Shown here: positions 1 through 15,129 of the stretch, one piece after another
Layout of the letters: every line of letters starts with the position of its first letter
How positions within the stretch are numbered: position 1 is the first letter of the stretch
Assembly (NCBI RefSeq): GCF_009914755.1
Contig: NC_060938.1
Reading direction: 5' to 3' (one strand)
Source of the DNA: the human T2T-CHM13v2.0 reference genome, Homo sapiens
DNA length: 64,000 bases
Made by a program: the position numbers and the translations under genes
The notes under the pieces: generated by a model
What the model was told of the DNA's origin: nothing
Seen by the model: only the letters and a program-made list of their open reading frames with translations
Databases searched by the model: none

Positions 1-960
1 AACCATTATTTGCAAACCTCTGATTTAATTTGTATACTGCATCCTGAAGGATGGTGCTTCATCTTTGTAGGACAACATCCCCAAGCTGTGGCCACAACTG
101 CATTTTTTAGACGCCATTCCATTACTCTATTAGGCTAGTGTCCTGAGAGGTGAAGCAAGATAGTGGACTCCACTACTCTATTAGGTAGACTCTTACTGTC
201 TGTGTTACAGACAATGTGGATGCAGTAAGATCAGCAAATTACACAGCTATTTGCCCACTGCGGAACCTCTTTTGTCATAACTTTTGTTCCTTGAATCTGA
301 AGTAATAGTATATGAGAGATCCTATGTTAGTTAATCAGATACTCTATGAGCCCATGAACAGAGGTGCTAGCCAAGTCAGTACAGGCAGGAAAAGGTAAAC
401 TCATACATAGAAAACATGTCAATTTTAGTCAAAATGAATTGCTGCACTTTCTAGGGTGCAAGGGGTCTTAAGTAATCAAGTGTCACTAATAGCTGGTTGG
501 TCTCCTCAAAGATTCATGCACTAGTAAGGGCTCAGCATTAGTCTCCGTCATTGACATGTAGGGTGGCAGCAGTAGCTAGGTCAGCTATGGTGAGAGGGAT
601 GGCCTGCTTTTGTGCCCATGCATAGCCTTCATCTCTACCATTATGCCTACTCCATTCATGAGCCCATTACGTCAGCACTGTAGTAGCCAAAGACTGTGGC
701 TGGTTGATGCCTGCACTATAATCTTCTTACTGGTATTTGCCAGAGACCCCCCACATGGTCTCTCTACTAGAGATACCTCCCAGGATCACTGCAGGGTATA
801 ACTTGTAAGCACCTTCTGGTGAGGCAATTCCAATCAAACAGGGGTGTGTCTCCTGAGAATGAGGCAGGTGTGAGCTATTAGCAGCATCACTGTAGCATTT
901 AGGGAATGGGCACAAGCCGGTAAAAAGGATCCCAGGGGATCTAGGCAGGGCACCAACAGT
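1..960 (-). mobile_element. Ancient ERVL/MaLR-type internal sequence, pol-integrase remnant
   Basis: The minus strand near 560-670 reads like WAHEWSRHNGRDEGYAWAQKQAIPLTIADLATAAT, resembling the ERVL integrase N-terminus (WAHEQSGHGGRDGGYAWAQQHGLPLTKADLATA). Heavily degraded; boundaries are approximate. Confidence 0.65.
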
Positions 961-1644
961 ATCTGTTACATTGACCAAGCTGGGCTTGTCTCAGGAATGG
1001 AAGGTTGGATTAACATTAGAAAATTAATTTATGTAATTCACCACATTAGCATTTTTAAAGGAGAAATATAGGATATGCACCTCCATATATGGGGAAAGAA
1101 ACATTCAGTTATTCAACACCCATCTAGTAGAAACTGTGGGCAGACCAGGATTAGAAGAAGTAGGTGACGATAAACACCATGATGGCATCTGATATGTGTA
1201 TATAAAACAGATTCTATTTTATTTTTTGTGCAGGGGGGAATCTGGAATATTTCAAGATAAGGTCCAATTCTTCCATTGTCTCGTAATCCAATGCAGAGGT
1301 AAGTAGGGGCCAGAGCATTCTTGGATAGAGTTGTGGCTCTGCTCTGAGTGTAAGGGAGATGGGTATTCTGTAGCCTTGCTACAGGCTTATTGTGTAAGAG
1401 AGAGAGTGGCTTTTAGTGCAGGAAATACAATTAGGACTTATGTAGCAAGCAATGGGTAGATACTAGCTGTTCAGTGATTTGTGATAATGCCCAGCCCCAT
1501 TGCTATTCTACTCTCTATGCAAGCATCAGAGCAGCCATGTATGCAGCAAATAAGCAGTCAGGACCTAGACACCAAGAGGTCTAGGGTTAGATGCCAGCCA
1601 ATCAGTTGTCATGGAACATCGGCTGCTTTTATTGATCCGTCTTT

Positions 1645-2145
1645 AAGACAGCCTCACTGAGATATAATCTACATTCCATAAATTTTCGTGTTTAAGTGTA
1701 TAATTCAGTGAATTTTAGTATATTATCAGTGTTGCACAATAACCTAATTTTACCTTTATCACACCTGAACTTTAGAACATTTCCGTCCCCCTAAAAAGAG
1801 ACCTTATGTCCCTTTACAGTCACTCTCTATTTCCACTCCTAATCTACTATATCTATAAATCCATTTTTTCACATTGAATGTAATTGGAATCATCCAATAT
1901 GTGTTTTGTGACTGGCTTTTTTCACTAAGCATAATGGTTTTGCAGTTCATCCATGTTGTAGCATGTGTCATCAGTATTTCATTACTTTTTATCAACAATA
2001 TTCCATTGTATGAATAGGCCGTATTTCATTTATCCATTTATCAGTTGATGGCCATTTAGGTTGTTTCTACTTTTTGATTATTGTGAATAATGCTGCTGTG
2101 AACATTTATGTTTATGTGTTTGTGTGGTCATATGTTTTCATTTTT
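1645..2145 (-). mobile_element. Old L1M (MB/ME-type) 3' end fragment
   Basis: Typical L1 3' text: 'ggcttttttcactaagcataatg...ttcatccatgttgtagcatgtgtc...gctgctgtgaacatt'. Confidence 0.75.
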
Positions 2146-2379
2146 ACTGGTGATCTTGGGGAAATTGTATTCAGGCATCTCAGGGAAGTAGCACCTTCAG
2201 TCCTCAGGCTGGGCTCAGCCTTACTCCCTCCTGCTGAGCTGGGAAGAGGCAGTGCTCCCAGTCCTAGATAGTGCATTGTCCAGTCCTAGACAGTGCATTG
2301 TCAGGCAACCAAGGAGCACTCTCAGGATAGCCACTAGCCAGTGTAAAGTATCTACAGAAGTCTACATACATACATAATG

Positions 2380-2455
2380 GTAAAAACCTTCTCTTTTACT
2401 ATCAGGAAGAAGACATTGATATAGAACATTGTTTTGAAAATTCTAGCCAGTAAAA

Positions 2456-2491
<36 letters not shown>

Positions 2492-3680
2492 TTAAAAGTT
2501 ACAAGGACCAGAAAGGAAATAAAGGAAAAACCGTTATTTTTCAGAGGTGCAGATAAAAACCAAAATAATTTCTAGTAAAATATTGGAATTAATGAGGGAT
2601 TCTTGCAAGGTTACTGTATTTTGAATCAAAACCAAGACATGCATGTCAGTTCTTTTATATATAAAGCATCAAGCACCATCAAATCCGCAGATAATTTAAA
2701 CATAATGCTTAATTTTAAAAAAGATTACATTTACAATAGCATATAAAAATAAGACAGCTAGGAATAAATAAAACCAAAAATGTACAAGCCTTTCCTGGGG
2801 GGAAACTGTAACACTTTACTGAAGGACATTGGAGAAGACTTCCATAAATGGGGAGTTATGCCATGTTTATACATAGGTAGACTCAATAATGCAAAGATAT
2901 CAGTTTTCCTCAAATTGATTTATAGATTCAATTCAATGCCAATCAAAAGCTTAACACATTTTGGGTTTTGGGGGTCAGTGGCTCAATAAGTTGTGTCTAA
3001 AATTTTTACAGAACAAAGGGTCAAGAATAGTTTGGATACGACTAAAGAAAAAGAATAAAGTGGGGTTCTTACTCTATTAGATATCAAAGCTTATAACTAA
3101 GCTATATTCATAAGCCTGCATTGCACTTGTACAGAAACAGATGAAAACAGACTAATAAATAGATCAGAATGGAGAACTCAGAAACCACATACGTATGCAA
3201 GCTTAGTTTATGGCAGAGGTGATATTGTGGCTCAGTAGGTTAAGAATCCTTCAACAAATGGTGCTGGGAGAATTGTTTATCCAAATGGTTAGGTATGAAA
3301 ACAGAATGTAAATTTTTATAGCCTCTTTGAACATGGATTTGTCATCATCAAATGTGTTAAAGCTGCGCGTACTGTATGATCCAGAAATTCCACTCCTGGG
3401 CATATATGCTGGAGAAACTTGCACATTTTCACCAGAGCTCATGTACGAGGATCCTCACAGTAATACTGTATGTAAGATTAAAAGATAAGGGGAAAAATCC
3501 AACATGTCCACTGAAAGGATAATTTGTAAATTACTTATGGACAATGGACATACAATATGGTAGAGACAATGAATGCATGCAGCTACATAAATCAATGTGA
3601 AGAAAACTTTCAAAGACAACATTGAGAAGAAAAAGTCCCCAAATAGTATATACCATAAGATTTCAGTTATAATGAATCAG
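2380..3680 (+). mobile_element. Old L1M ORF2/3' fragment
   Basis: ORF 2780-2989 (IGRLNNAKISVFLKLIYRFNSMPIK) is degenerate L1 ORF2. Also contains 'ttcaacaaatggtgctggga' and 'aattccactcctgggcatata'. Confidence 0.75.
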
Positions 3681-3689
3681 TAAACATAA

Positions 3690-4259
<570 letters not shown>

Positions 4260-4335
4260 TCAGGGAGAAGCAATGCAAATATAATGTTCTATTTCTTATG
4301 ATACTTCTAGAGCTTTTTTGTATATAATTGCTACT

Positions 4336-4740
4336 ACTATGGCTTGAGAATGTTTGTGTCACTCCCAAATCCTTACGTTGAAACTTAATCCCCATTGTGG
4401 TGCTATTAAGAGGCGGAGTCTTTTGGGAAGTGATTAAGTCATCCAGTCTCCATCCTTGTGACTGGGATTAAAGACTTCCTAAAAGAAGCTTCGGAGAGCT
4501 GCCTGGTCCTTCCATCTCTTCTGCTACATGAGGGCACAGCTTCTGTCCTTTCCACCATCTGAGGTAACAGCACCAAGGCACCGTCTTGGAAGCACAGAGC
4601 AGCTTTCACGAGACACTGAATCTACTGGCACCTTGATCTTGGACCTGCCAGTTTCTGTAACTGTAAGAAATAAATTTCTGTTGTTTACAAATTACCCACC
4701 CTAAGGCATCTTGTTATAGTAGCAGAAACAGACTAAGACA
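4336..4740 (+). mobile_element. MaLR LTR (MST-type)
   Basis: 'gttgaaacttaatcccc...ggcaccttgatcttggac...aataaatttctgttgttt...gactaagaca' terminus. Confidence 0.8.
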
Positions 4741-5198
4741 GCTACTTTTCTATTGTAAACATATACATAAACATATAAATATTTCTTCGTATGCATTAAA
4801 TATTGAATAAAATTGTTGTGGACACTCTGTAGAATCAAGATAGATCTCCACCAGAAATTTGTTGTAAACTACCCCCTACCAAGAGAGTATGAAAAGATTT
4901 AATACTCACATAATAAGGCTTTCTGGGGAAAGAAGTGGCTCCCAAGCCGGCCCAAAAACGTGTTGAGAAAGCAGAGAAAGTGGTTTGGGTTGGGGTTTTT
5001 ATGGTGACTGGGGAGTGAGACTAAGTCAAGGGTTCCTATGCATTGTTTGAACTTCCTACTGGTACCAAAGGAGACATCACCTGGGCTTTATTTTTTTAAT
5101 CAGTTTTCCGTATGTGGGACAGAGGGAAAGAAGAAGAGGCAAGGTTTAAAAGATGTCAGGATGAAACATAGAGTCAGACGTCAGACTCTTTATTATAA

Positions 5199-5487
<289 letters not shown>

Positions 5488-5699
5488 ACAAATATTTTTT
5501 GAACAAAATTGTGTATGAAACAAAAGAGACATCTGCCGTTCTAAAAATAACATGTCTATGGAGAAAAGAATGTCACCTTTCCCTTTCAGAAACCATTTCT
5601 TTTATCTTTTCTTCTCCCAGGAATTCCCCACTGGGAGGAATAACTGTAGTCACAATGTTAAACTTGGTAGAAATAGAAGTTATTTTTCCCTAGAAAAAT

Positions 5700-5985
5700 A
5701 ATGCAGGAACAGAAAACCAAAAACCGCATGCTTTCACTTATAAGTGGGAGCTAAATGATAAGAACACATGGACACACAGAAGGGAACAACAGACACTGAG
5801 GTCTCCTTGAGAGTGGGGGGAGGGAGGAGGGAGAGGAGCAGAAAAAAATAACCATTGGGTACTGGGCTTAGTACCTAGGTGATGAAGTAATCTGTTACAA
5901 CAAACCCCTGTGACATGAGCTTACCTATGTAATAAGCCTGCCCATGTACCCCTGAACCTAAAATAAAAGTTTAAAACAAAAAAGA
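5700..5985 (+). mobile_element. L1PA/PB 3'UTR fragment
   Basis: 'cacttataagtgggagctaaatgataagaacacatggacac...catgtacccctgaacctaaaataaaagtt'. Confidence 0.85.
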
Positions 5986-6374
5986 ACACTTTTCTGTTTA
6001 GACTTTTTGTATCACTGCTGGTGTAACAATAAAAAATATATTTTCCTAAAAAGAAAAAGAAATTGAACTTATTTACTATGCCTCAGAAAAATCAAATATC
6101 AAGGAGGTTAACTACAACAACACAAAGTTATAAACCAAATCCTGTGGAGGAAAAGAATGAGAATTACTTGTGATGTTCAAAAGTTCCCGGGCTTATACAG
6201 TGGAACAGATATCATTTGGGCCTTTATCTAGTTGAGGCCAAAAGGAATCATTTGCTTTACTGACATGATAGTGAAGAAATTCCGCACCTGTATATCTACT
6301 AATTGCAAATGAACATCAGGCTTGAAGCCTTCTCCCAGAAAAAGGTATTTCATTCCTACTGGAAAGATATAGAT

Positions 6375-6714
<340 letters not shown>

Positions 6715-7299
6715 TTATATACATAGACAATGAAATACAAATGTATATCAATTTTTGATCCACCGACTGGGTAATGCTGTGAGTATAACAATGAAAGTGA
6801 TTTGATCTCTGCTCTCTAGGGGCTCACGGTCTCTTGTATTACTTTTGCAGCCTAAAGTGTGAAAATGTGGATTTATAGAAAAACTGCAGCCGGAGTAAAA
6901 GTTCAAATGATAAAATAATTAATCAGATTTCTTTTAACATACTTCAATATTAAAGAATTCATGAGAACCACTGGGAACTGTATCTACTGCATGATATGTG
7001 CAAAGGAAATACCTATGCTTAAGGCAGTTCTTGATAAACAGGTTGGGGGTGGAAGATGAGACCCTGAGAACATCAGTCAGTAGAGCTAAAGGTGGAGTAA
7101 CAGGTAGCTCAGTTACTTTGCATTCACAAAGATTAGAAATGTGGAATGCAGGAGGAATGAGAAAGGGTGAGTTTAGAGTGGAAATGTCTGAGGAACTTCT
7201 AGGAACACCATTATTAAATATATACCCTGAAATTACACATTGTTGGCACAAATTAAATGAAAACTTGTTCATCACTCTAATATTTAATAAAGTCTTCTG

Positions 7300-7400
7300 T
7301 ACACACACACATACACAAAAACACACACACAAAAAAACACATACACACAAACACATGCATAAACACAGACACAAACACAAACATGTAAACACACACAGAC
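7300..7400. repeat. Degenerate (CA)-rich simple repeat
   Basis: Interrupted acacac runs; explains the low-complexity ORFs at 6934-7408. Confidence 0.85.
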
Positions 7401-7479
7401 CCTTTTGAGAGGGCTGTTTTGAGTGGAAAGAAAAGAGGCTGAGTTCAACATCTGTTTTAATGCATAATAATCACCTCAG

Positions 7480-7740
7480 CATAATAATAATAATGTTAAC
7501 ATGTTGATTATGTGCCAAGTGGAATTCTAACATCCATACATACACATATTTAAATGCTTTATAGTAACTATCTTATTTAATGAAACTCAGTGCAAACCTA
7601 TAAGGTAAGCAATCGTATTTTCACCATTTTGTGAGTGAGGCACCAGAAGCTGAGAGGTTAAGTGATTTGTCCAAGGTAACGCAGCAGGTAAGAGGCAAAA
7701 CTAGATTCTAACTTCGGCAGGCTGGTAAACAGGGTGTGGA
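7480..7740 (-). mobile_element. MIR
   Basis: MIR core 'cattttgtgagtgaggcacc...gaggttaagtgatttgtccaaggtaacgcagcaggtaag'. Confidence 0.7.
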
Positions 7741-8171
7741 AATTATCTATAAATGGAATGCACTCAGTGGAATTGGAATGTGGAGTCAATGGGGGATCCT
7801 AGTGGACATGGGCCCATCCAGAAATTCACAGAAATCTTAGGGAGGGATTTAGAATTTCTGCAGTTTAGGAATGGTGGTTTAAATCAGTCTTAGCCATGTT
7901 TTAAAAATCACCCCAACTTGTTCATTCATATTTCCTCTGACACACACACACAGTTCCAAGTTCCTTCATTTCCATCTGAGAGTTCATAAACAAAGAGAAA
8001 GCTGAGTACCTATACTTCATAAACACCTCCCCATTCTACCCAGAGCTCTGGTTCCAGCCAGCTTCCTCTTGTTAAGCCCCAGCTGGGGCTACTTGGCACT
8101 GCTTCCTTGGTTACATATGATGCTCCTTGTTCAGTCCCTTTCTCACAGGGCTCTTTCACTGTCTGCCGTAG

Positions 8172-8469
<298 letters not shown>

Positions 8470-9916
8470 ATCAGCCTGCCTTTTAAATTCCTCATTACTC
8501 CCACCACATTGTGTTCTTGCACAGAAAGCAACCAATGTGAGAGGGAGATCTCAAACAGCAGTCCTAGGCTGTTAGCATTCAGATGTTCCCTACCTCTCCT
8601 CAGCAAGCTTTCCTGCCCTAGTGTCACTTGCCTTCTTTCTCCTGCCTAAGAGGAGTGCAGAATCTTCCTATAGGCAGCACTCATACGCAGGGCATCCAGG
8701 AAACAAACAAACAACAACAACAAAAAAAAAAAAAACATGAGAAAGGAGTGGCAGCATCTGGAAACATTTTCACCTAAACTCCAGTTTCACTTCTGTAAGG
8801 CTCTGGCCAAGTGGATCTCTGTCAATCGAAATGGCTGTGCGTGTATGTAAATGTTTGATGTGCAGTATACACATGTGATTATAACCCCCTCCTTATTTGG
8901 AACATAGCCAAAATGCCAGGCATTGTTCTGAATGCTTTATATTTATTCACTTCATCCTCACCAGGTGAGGAACATGAGACCTGGAATGGTTAAATAACTT
9001 GCCCAAGGTAGTAGATGAGTGCCAGGTGAGAGGAGGCTTCCTGACGTTTCTTTTAATTGTCCTTGAATGGATGATTCTACACAACATAAGACTAGCCATA
9101 TTCTGGGTTTTATGTGCAGCTCAGAGGCCTCTGGGAAATAACTATTGGGGTTTACACTTAGAGTTAAAATATATTCATTCCTACCTGATGGTGAGAGTAG
9201 CCAAGCTAGAGGGAGGGAAAGCAGGTCTCCATAAGCAATGAAGGAACTAGACATCCTGTGTTGGAGTTAACCGTGATGCCTGAGTGGCAATGGCAGTGTG
9301 CCCAATGCCATGTGAGTCTGCCCTTGTGCGTGCCTTCACTCAGCCTCCCCCATCCCTTTAAGGAAGCATCTGTGCACCCAGGAAGAGCAGAATGTGGGAA
9401 ACATGAAACATTAAAGTGCTGTGCCGCCAGAGCCTGAGCAGCTCCCCTTCCAAAAGGGCTAAATAATTCTTCCCTACAAACAGAGCTAATTCAGAAGTGA
9501 GCATCTCTGGGTGGTAGCAACAAGGAGGGCAGGTGCCTGAACTCTAAATAGCTTTGGAGGCAGAGAGCAAGCCAGCACCAACACGAAGGAATGTCAGGAG
9601 AGTTGGTGGGCTGAGGACAAGAGAAGTGTAGAGGAGAGTGTGAAAGCTGACGAATTCAAGATGACCATAGGGTAGAACTGCAGAGCAAAGGCCCAAGAGC
9701 CCAGCAGTTTAAGCTGACATTCACCAGAGCAAAGGGCAACTTTTGATAATGTGTACAATGGTCCTGCCCTTTGGGGTCCATGTAAGAGACACAAATGGGG
9801 AAATCCTTAAGTCCTGCCCTTTGCAATGGGGAATGTTGAAGACCAAGAAGCAAAGTGCTCAGATGATCTCATCCAGGACCCCTAACAGGGATGTTCTCAG
9901 CGACAAGTATGCTCTG

Positions 9917-9917
<1 letters not shown>

Positions 9918-9959
<42 letters not shown>
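9918..9959. repeat. (CA)n microsatellite
   Basis: About 20 perfect CA units. Confidence 0.95.
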
Positions 9960-9961
<2 letters not shown>

Positions 9962-9989
9962 GTAAATTCATGTGTATACTTTCATTAAC

Positions 9990-10255
9990 TCTTTTGAGAC
10001 AGAGTCTTGCTGTGTAGCCCAGGCTGGAGTGCAGTGGTGTGATCATAGCTCGCTGCAGCCTCAACTTCCCCAGGCTCTAGCGATCCTCCCACTTCAGCCT
10101 CCCAAGTAGCGCACCACCATGCCTGGCTAATTGTATTTTTTGTAGAGACAAGGTTTCATTATGTTGCCCAGGCTTGTCACAAACTCCTGGGCTCAAGTGA
10201 TCTGTCCACCTTAGCCCTGTACTGGGATTACAGGTGTGAGCCACTGTGCCTGGCT
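9990..10255 (-). mobile_element. Alu (AluJ-like)
   Basis: 'gatcatagctcgctgcagcctc', 'ctcctgggctcaagtgatc'. Confidence 0.85.
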
Positions 10256-10624
10256 ACATTTATGTGTACACTTAATTTCTTTTTATGTAAAATATACGCT
10301 TTAACTTCTTCCTTTCTCTGGAACTGTTTCTTCCCCTTCTGTAAAATAAGTTTATACTAAGATCCCTTTCAGCCCCACATTTTCATCTCTGAGCAAGTGA
10401 TTAGAGCGTGCTGCTCAAAGTCTTTCAGTAAATGTCACCATTTTCTATAATGGCCCTTATTTCTGTTTGTTAATTTCCATCCTGGTGGCCGCCACCCAGG
10501 CTCATATTCTTACCTCTTTATTCCTGGACTACTGCTGCATCTGCTCTACCAGTCTCTCAACATCACCCTTCAAGTTATTCCTGCCACATTCCCATTTCCA
10601 AGCCTACCCTTCCTATTTAAAAAA

Positions 10625-10754
10625 TTTTTTATAAATAGAGATGGGGTCTCACCACATTGCCCAGGCTGGCCTCAAACTCCTGAGCTCAAGCAATCTCCCT
10701 GCCTTGGCCTCCCAAAGTGTTGGGATTACAGGCATGGGCCATCGCTGCCAGCCC
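10625..10754 (-). mobile_element. FLAM
   Basis: Single Alu monomer in reverse orientation. Confidence 0.75.
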
Positions 10755-10840
10755 AAACCTACACTTATAACAAATTTTCTGGTTTTGACATCTTCAGGGT
10801 TACCCTTTGCCAGTGTAAAAAAGGTTGTCCATAATATGAC

Positions 10841-11267
10841 TGTATTCGTCCATTCTCACATTAAAGAAATACCTGAGACTGGGTAATTTACCAACAAAAG
10901 ATGTTCCATTGGCTTACGGTTCTGCAGGCTGCACAGGAAGTGTAGTGGCTTCTGCTTTTGGGGAGGCCTCAGGGAGCTTCCAATCATGGCAGAAGGCAAA
11001 GGGGGACCAGATGTCTCACATGGCAGGAGCAAAAGCAAGAGGGCAAGGTGGGAGGTGCTACACACTTTTACATAATCAGATCTCCTGAGAACTCACTCAC
11101 TATCTCGAGGACAGTACCAAGGGGGATGGTGCTAAACTATTCATGAGAAATCCACTCCCATGATCCAGTCACCTCCCACCCGGTCCCACCTCCAATATTA
11201 TAATTAATGTTGGGAATTAATTGTTGAACATAAGATTTGGGTAGGAACACAAATCCAAACCATGTCA
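10841..11267 (-). mobile_element. MaLR LTR (MSTA/MSTB-type)
   Basis: 'tgtattcgtccattctcaca...aaagaaatacctgagactgggtaattta...aaatccaaaccatgtca'. Confidence 0.85.
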
Positions 11268-12733
11268 ATGACCCTAACCAACTTAGTCTTCTCTCTCTGG
11301 ATACCACTCTACTTCTCTGTCCCCCTTAACTGCAAAATATTTCTCAGAAGTTTCCCACATCCACTGTTTTCAATTCCTTACTTCCCATTCTTTCTTCAAT
11401 CCACTCCAATGAGGTTTCATGCCTATTCTTCCTCAGTAAAGATCCTGATGACCTCCATGTTGCCAAACTCAATGATCAGTTCTGTATCCTATTCTCATGT
11501 AATGTCTCAGAAGCATTTGACACAGGTGGATACACTCTTCTTGACTCCCAGAGTCATTCCAGAGTGAATCATTGCAGATTCAAAAACTAAGTAGATGATA
11601 CAGGTGAACAAAATGATCCAGGAAGACAGAGAATCCACTGAGACCTCCTTTCCTTGCCCTGGCATCCCCTGCTAAAAAGGATCATGATGGATTCCTCATA
11701 TCTTTCTTTTCCAAAATCCTTATGTTCCTTCTCTGTCATCCTCTGAGCTATTCAAATTCCACTGCTTTTCAAAGGATTTGCTCAGCAACTGCTAAGGGAG
11801 CCAAGTGTCCTACCAACCTCTTTAAATGCCTTTCAAGTAGAACTAGAGATGTGTTAATTAAAATGATGGCTATATTTCTCACTCACTTACGTGGATACAG
11901 TTTTATAATAAGGATGTTTCTTTAGAAGCCTGGGGCTTCCCAGGGACAATCTCTGGTTTTCTGCCATCCTACGATGCACATCCCACAAGTGCATCCACAC
12001 CAAAACTAAGAAGTAAATGTGTAGAGATCTGGGATGATTTGAATTTGCCATTTATCCCTAAGAATTTTTTTTGTTTGGAAAAGACTCTTTGCTATTTACC
12101 AGAATGTCTTCATGCAACAAGAATTGAGAGAAATATCCATTATTCAGAAGCTAGGTGATTACTTCATCTCAGTTCTTAATAAAGTTTTATGAAGTCCCTA
12201 GGCAGTCTGTCATCTTTCCATCTTTCAGAGTCTTCCTATATTTGTTAAGTCCAGGGTTTTTTAGTTGTAAAGGGGGATACTAGGGATAAATGGGGATACT
12301 CCACCTTGGACAAAACTAGAAGTCCTCTACCCATACATTTTTAAAGGGATAGGTATTATTTTAACATATAGATATATCATAATTATATATACCTCTATAT
12401 ACATATATCAGAGATATATGTGTGCCAGACATATATGGTATATATAAATTATGATATAATCTATTTATATAGAGAGATACTCTTTTTTCTTCAAAATTAC
12501 AAACAATATTGTAAAGAACATCTCAATATTTACTTTGCAGAGGTGGAAATGGTAGGCCAAAAAGGATAGCTATTTAAAATTTTTGGTACACTTATCAAAT
12601 TTACATCAAATTAATAACAGTGAATGTGCATTATTTCTACACATTTTCATTAATCATGTACATTGTCAAATGTTTTCATCTTTGCTTATCTGACAGGTAG
12701 AGAATTCTACTTAAAATCTCATTGGTTCATAGT

Positions 12734-13085
12734 TGATATGGTTTAGCTGTGTCCACATTTAAATCTCAGCTTGAATTTTATCTTCCAGAATTCCCATGAG
12801 TTGTGGGAGGGACCCAGGGGGAGGTAATTGAATCATGGGGTCCAGTCTTTCCCATGCTATTCTGGTGATATTGAATAAGTCTCAAGAGATCTGTTGGGTC
12901 TATCGGGGGTTTCTGCTTTTGCTTCCTCCTCATTTTCTCTTGCCGCTGCCATGTAAGAAGTGCCTTTCACCTCCCGCCACGATTCTGAGGCCTCCCCAGC
13001 CATGTGGAACTGAAAGTCCAATTGAACCTCTTTTTGTTCCCAGTTTCAGATATGTCTATCAGCAGCATGAAAACAGACTAATACA
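12734..13085 (+). mobile_element. THE1 solo LTR (THE1A-like)
   Basis: TGATATGG...CTAATACA termini; 5-bp flanks atagt/gtagt (4/5 TSD). Confidence 0.9.
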
Positions 13086-13222
13086 GTAGTGCTTTGGATA
13101 TTATGAAGGTTGAAAAGAACCTAAGGGTTAAGTGATAACTTGTAGATGGCTTTATAATTGCTATTCAAGTATTTTAGTGTGTTGAGATATATATATCTCC
13201 AAAATAATAAAAATCTTCTTGT

Positions 13223-13706
13223 TGTAGGCAGATGTCTACCTTATAATCCCTGCACACTAAATATGTTATTTTACATGGCAGGAAGGGATTAAGGTTGAAG
13301 ATGGAATTAAGGTTGCTGATGGCTGACTTCAAGATAGGAAGATTATCCTGGATTATCCTGGGGGGCCCAGTGTAATCATAAAGGTCCTTAAAGGTGAAAA
13401 AGGGAGGCAGAAGTGGAGGTCAGAGTGATGTGATGTGAGATGGATTCAATTTGCCATTGCTGCCCTTGAAAATAGAAGAGAAATGCAAACAAAGAATGAG
13501 GGCAGCCTCCAGAAGCTGGAAATGGCAAAGAAATAAATTTTCTCTTTGATTCTCCAGAAAGGGATGCGGCCCTGCCAACACCTTTTATTTTGGCGCAGTG
13601 ACACCTATGTCAGATGTCTGATTTCAAGAATTGTAAAATAATACATTTGTGTTGTTTTAGCCACTAAGTTTGTGAGAGCTTGTTAACACAATAGAAATCT
13701 AATACA
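13223..13706 (+). mobile_element. MaLR LTR (MLT1D-like)
   Basis: 'gatggaattaaggttgct...gattatcctggattatcc...gccactaagtttgtg...ctaataca'. Confidence 0.8.
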
Positions 13707-14334
13707 GATAGTAGGGTGGTACACACACATTGCAAAAAAATAGAAAGCCGCGTGTAGAATTTGGGAAGCACTGTGGGCTGAGAAGATACTGAGGTACATA
13801 TGCATGTCTGGGGCATAACTGTCCATGGAAAGTAGGATTAGCTTGGAGGTGGACAGAGTTACACTTTTCTGCTGAAACTTTCTCTTAACCTAACTACATT
13901 ATAGCAAACCGAAGTTAACTAGAATATGAAGCACTTTCTCTTGCTGGCCGTAAGGCCCACATTAGGAGACTACAATAGCAATATCAAAATCCTTGTTACA
14001 TTCAACATTGCACCTGCCTATCAATATAATTTCAAGCAATGTTTATCCAATGGTGAAAAGCAACATATGCATGGTGGAAAATTTCCTAGTTGGAATTCAG
14101 AAAACAGGGCATGATAAAAAGGACTGGCAATCTGTTAATGGACTCCAAGGAAATCCCAGTAAATTGAGATTACATGTATCACTCAAATTATAGAGAAAGA
14201 AGGCACCCTTTTCTTCATCTTTTAATTAATGATTGAGGCTGGGAAGCCAGACCACTTTCCTCTCTACACAGGTTCACTTACTAGGTTAAAGACATGAGCC
14301 TAGCTTCTCGTCCAAGTATTTAAAGTGGCAAATG

Positions 14335-14667
<333 letters not shown>

Positions 14668-14885
14668 TCATGTTTTTGTGTATAGTAGCTATGTGGGCTA
14701 CCACAAAAATAATGGGGAGAAAAGGAAGTAGCACTGATAGGGGAAAAACTTTGATTCCTACAAAAGAGCAGAGATATAAAGGTCAGACTAACTTACTAAC
14801 ATTGCTGTTCTTTAGAGAGAAAAACTATCTGTATGTAAATACACACATATATACACACAAATATATATACATGTATGTGTGTGTA

Positions 14886-15075
14886 TATGGCAGATAGTAT
14901 TTTCCAGAGATAGCTTCCATCCCACATTTTTTATGCTATGTAACCTTGCTATTCTGCCACCAAGAGGTGGAATCTCAATTACCCTACCCTTGAATCTGGG
15001 CTTAGCTGGCCTTAGTGGTTGTTTGTAACTACCAGAGTGCAACAGAAATGAACCTGATTACTTCTGAGGCTAGGT
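14886..15075 (+). mobile_element. MLT1G-like LTR 5' fragment
   Basis: 'tggcagatagtattttccagagat...caagaggtggaatct...cccttgaatctgggc...cttctgaggctaggt'. Confidence 0.65.
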
Positions 15076-15129
15076 AAAAATGTAAAATAAAATAATAAAA
15101 TACAATAAAAAATTTTTAAAAAGCTTTCA

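Noticed and set aside
2259-2302. 22-bp tandem duplication (cagtcctaga.agtgcattgtc twice)
   Set aside because: Ordinary slippage duplication with no functional indication.
4828-5190. Possible LTR fragment
   Set aside because: I could not assign a family or termini with confidence.
6934-7408. Overlapping 152-aa and 136-aa ORFs with CV/HT repeats
   Set aside because: Their open frames arise from the CA-rich simple repeat; no recognisable domain.
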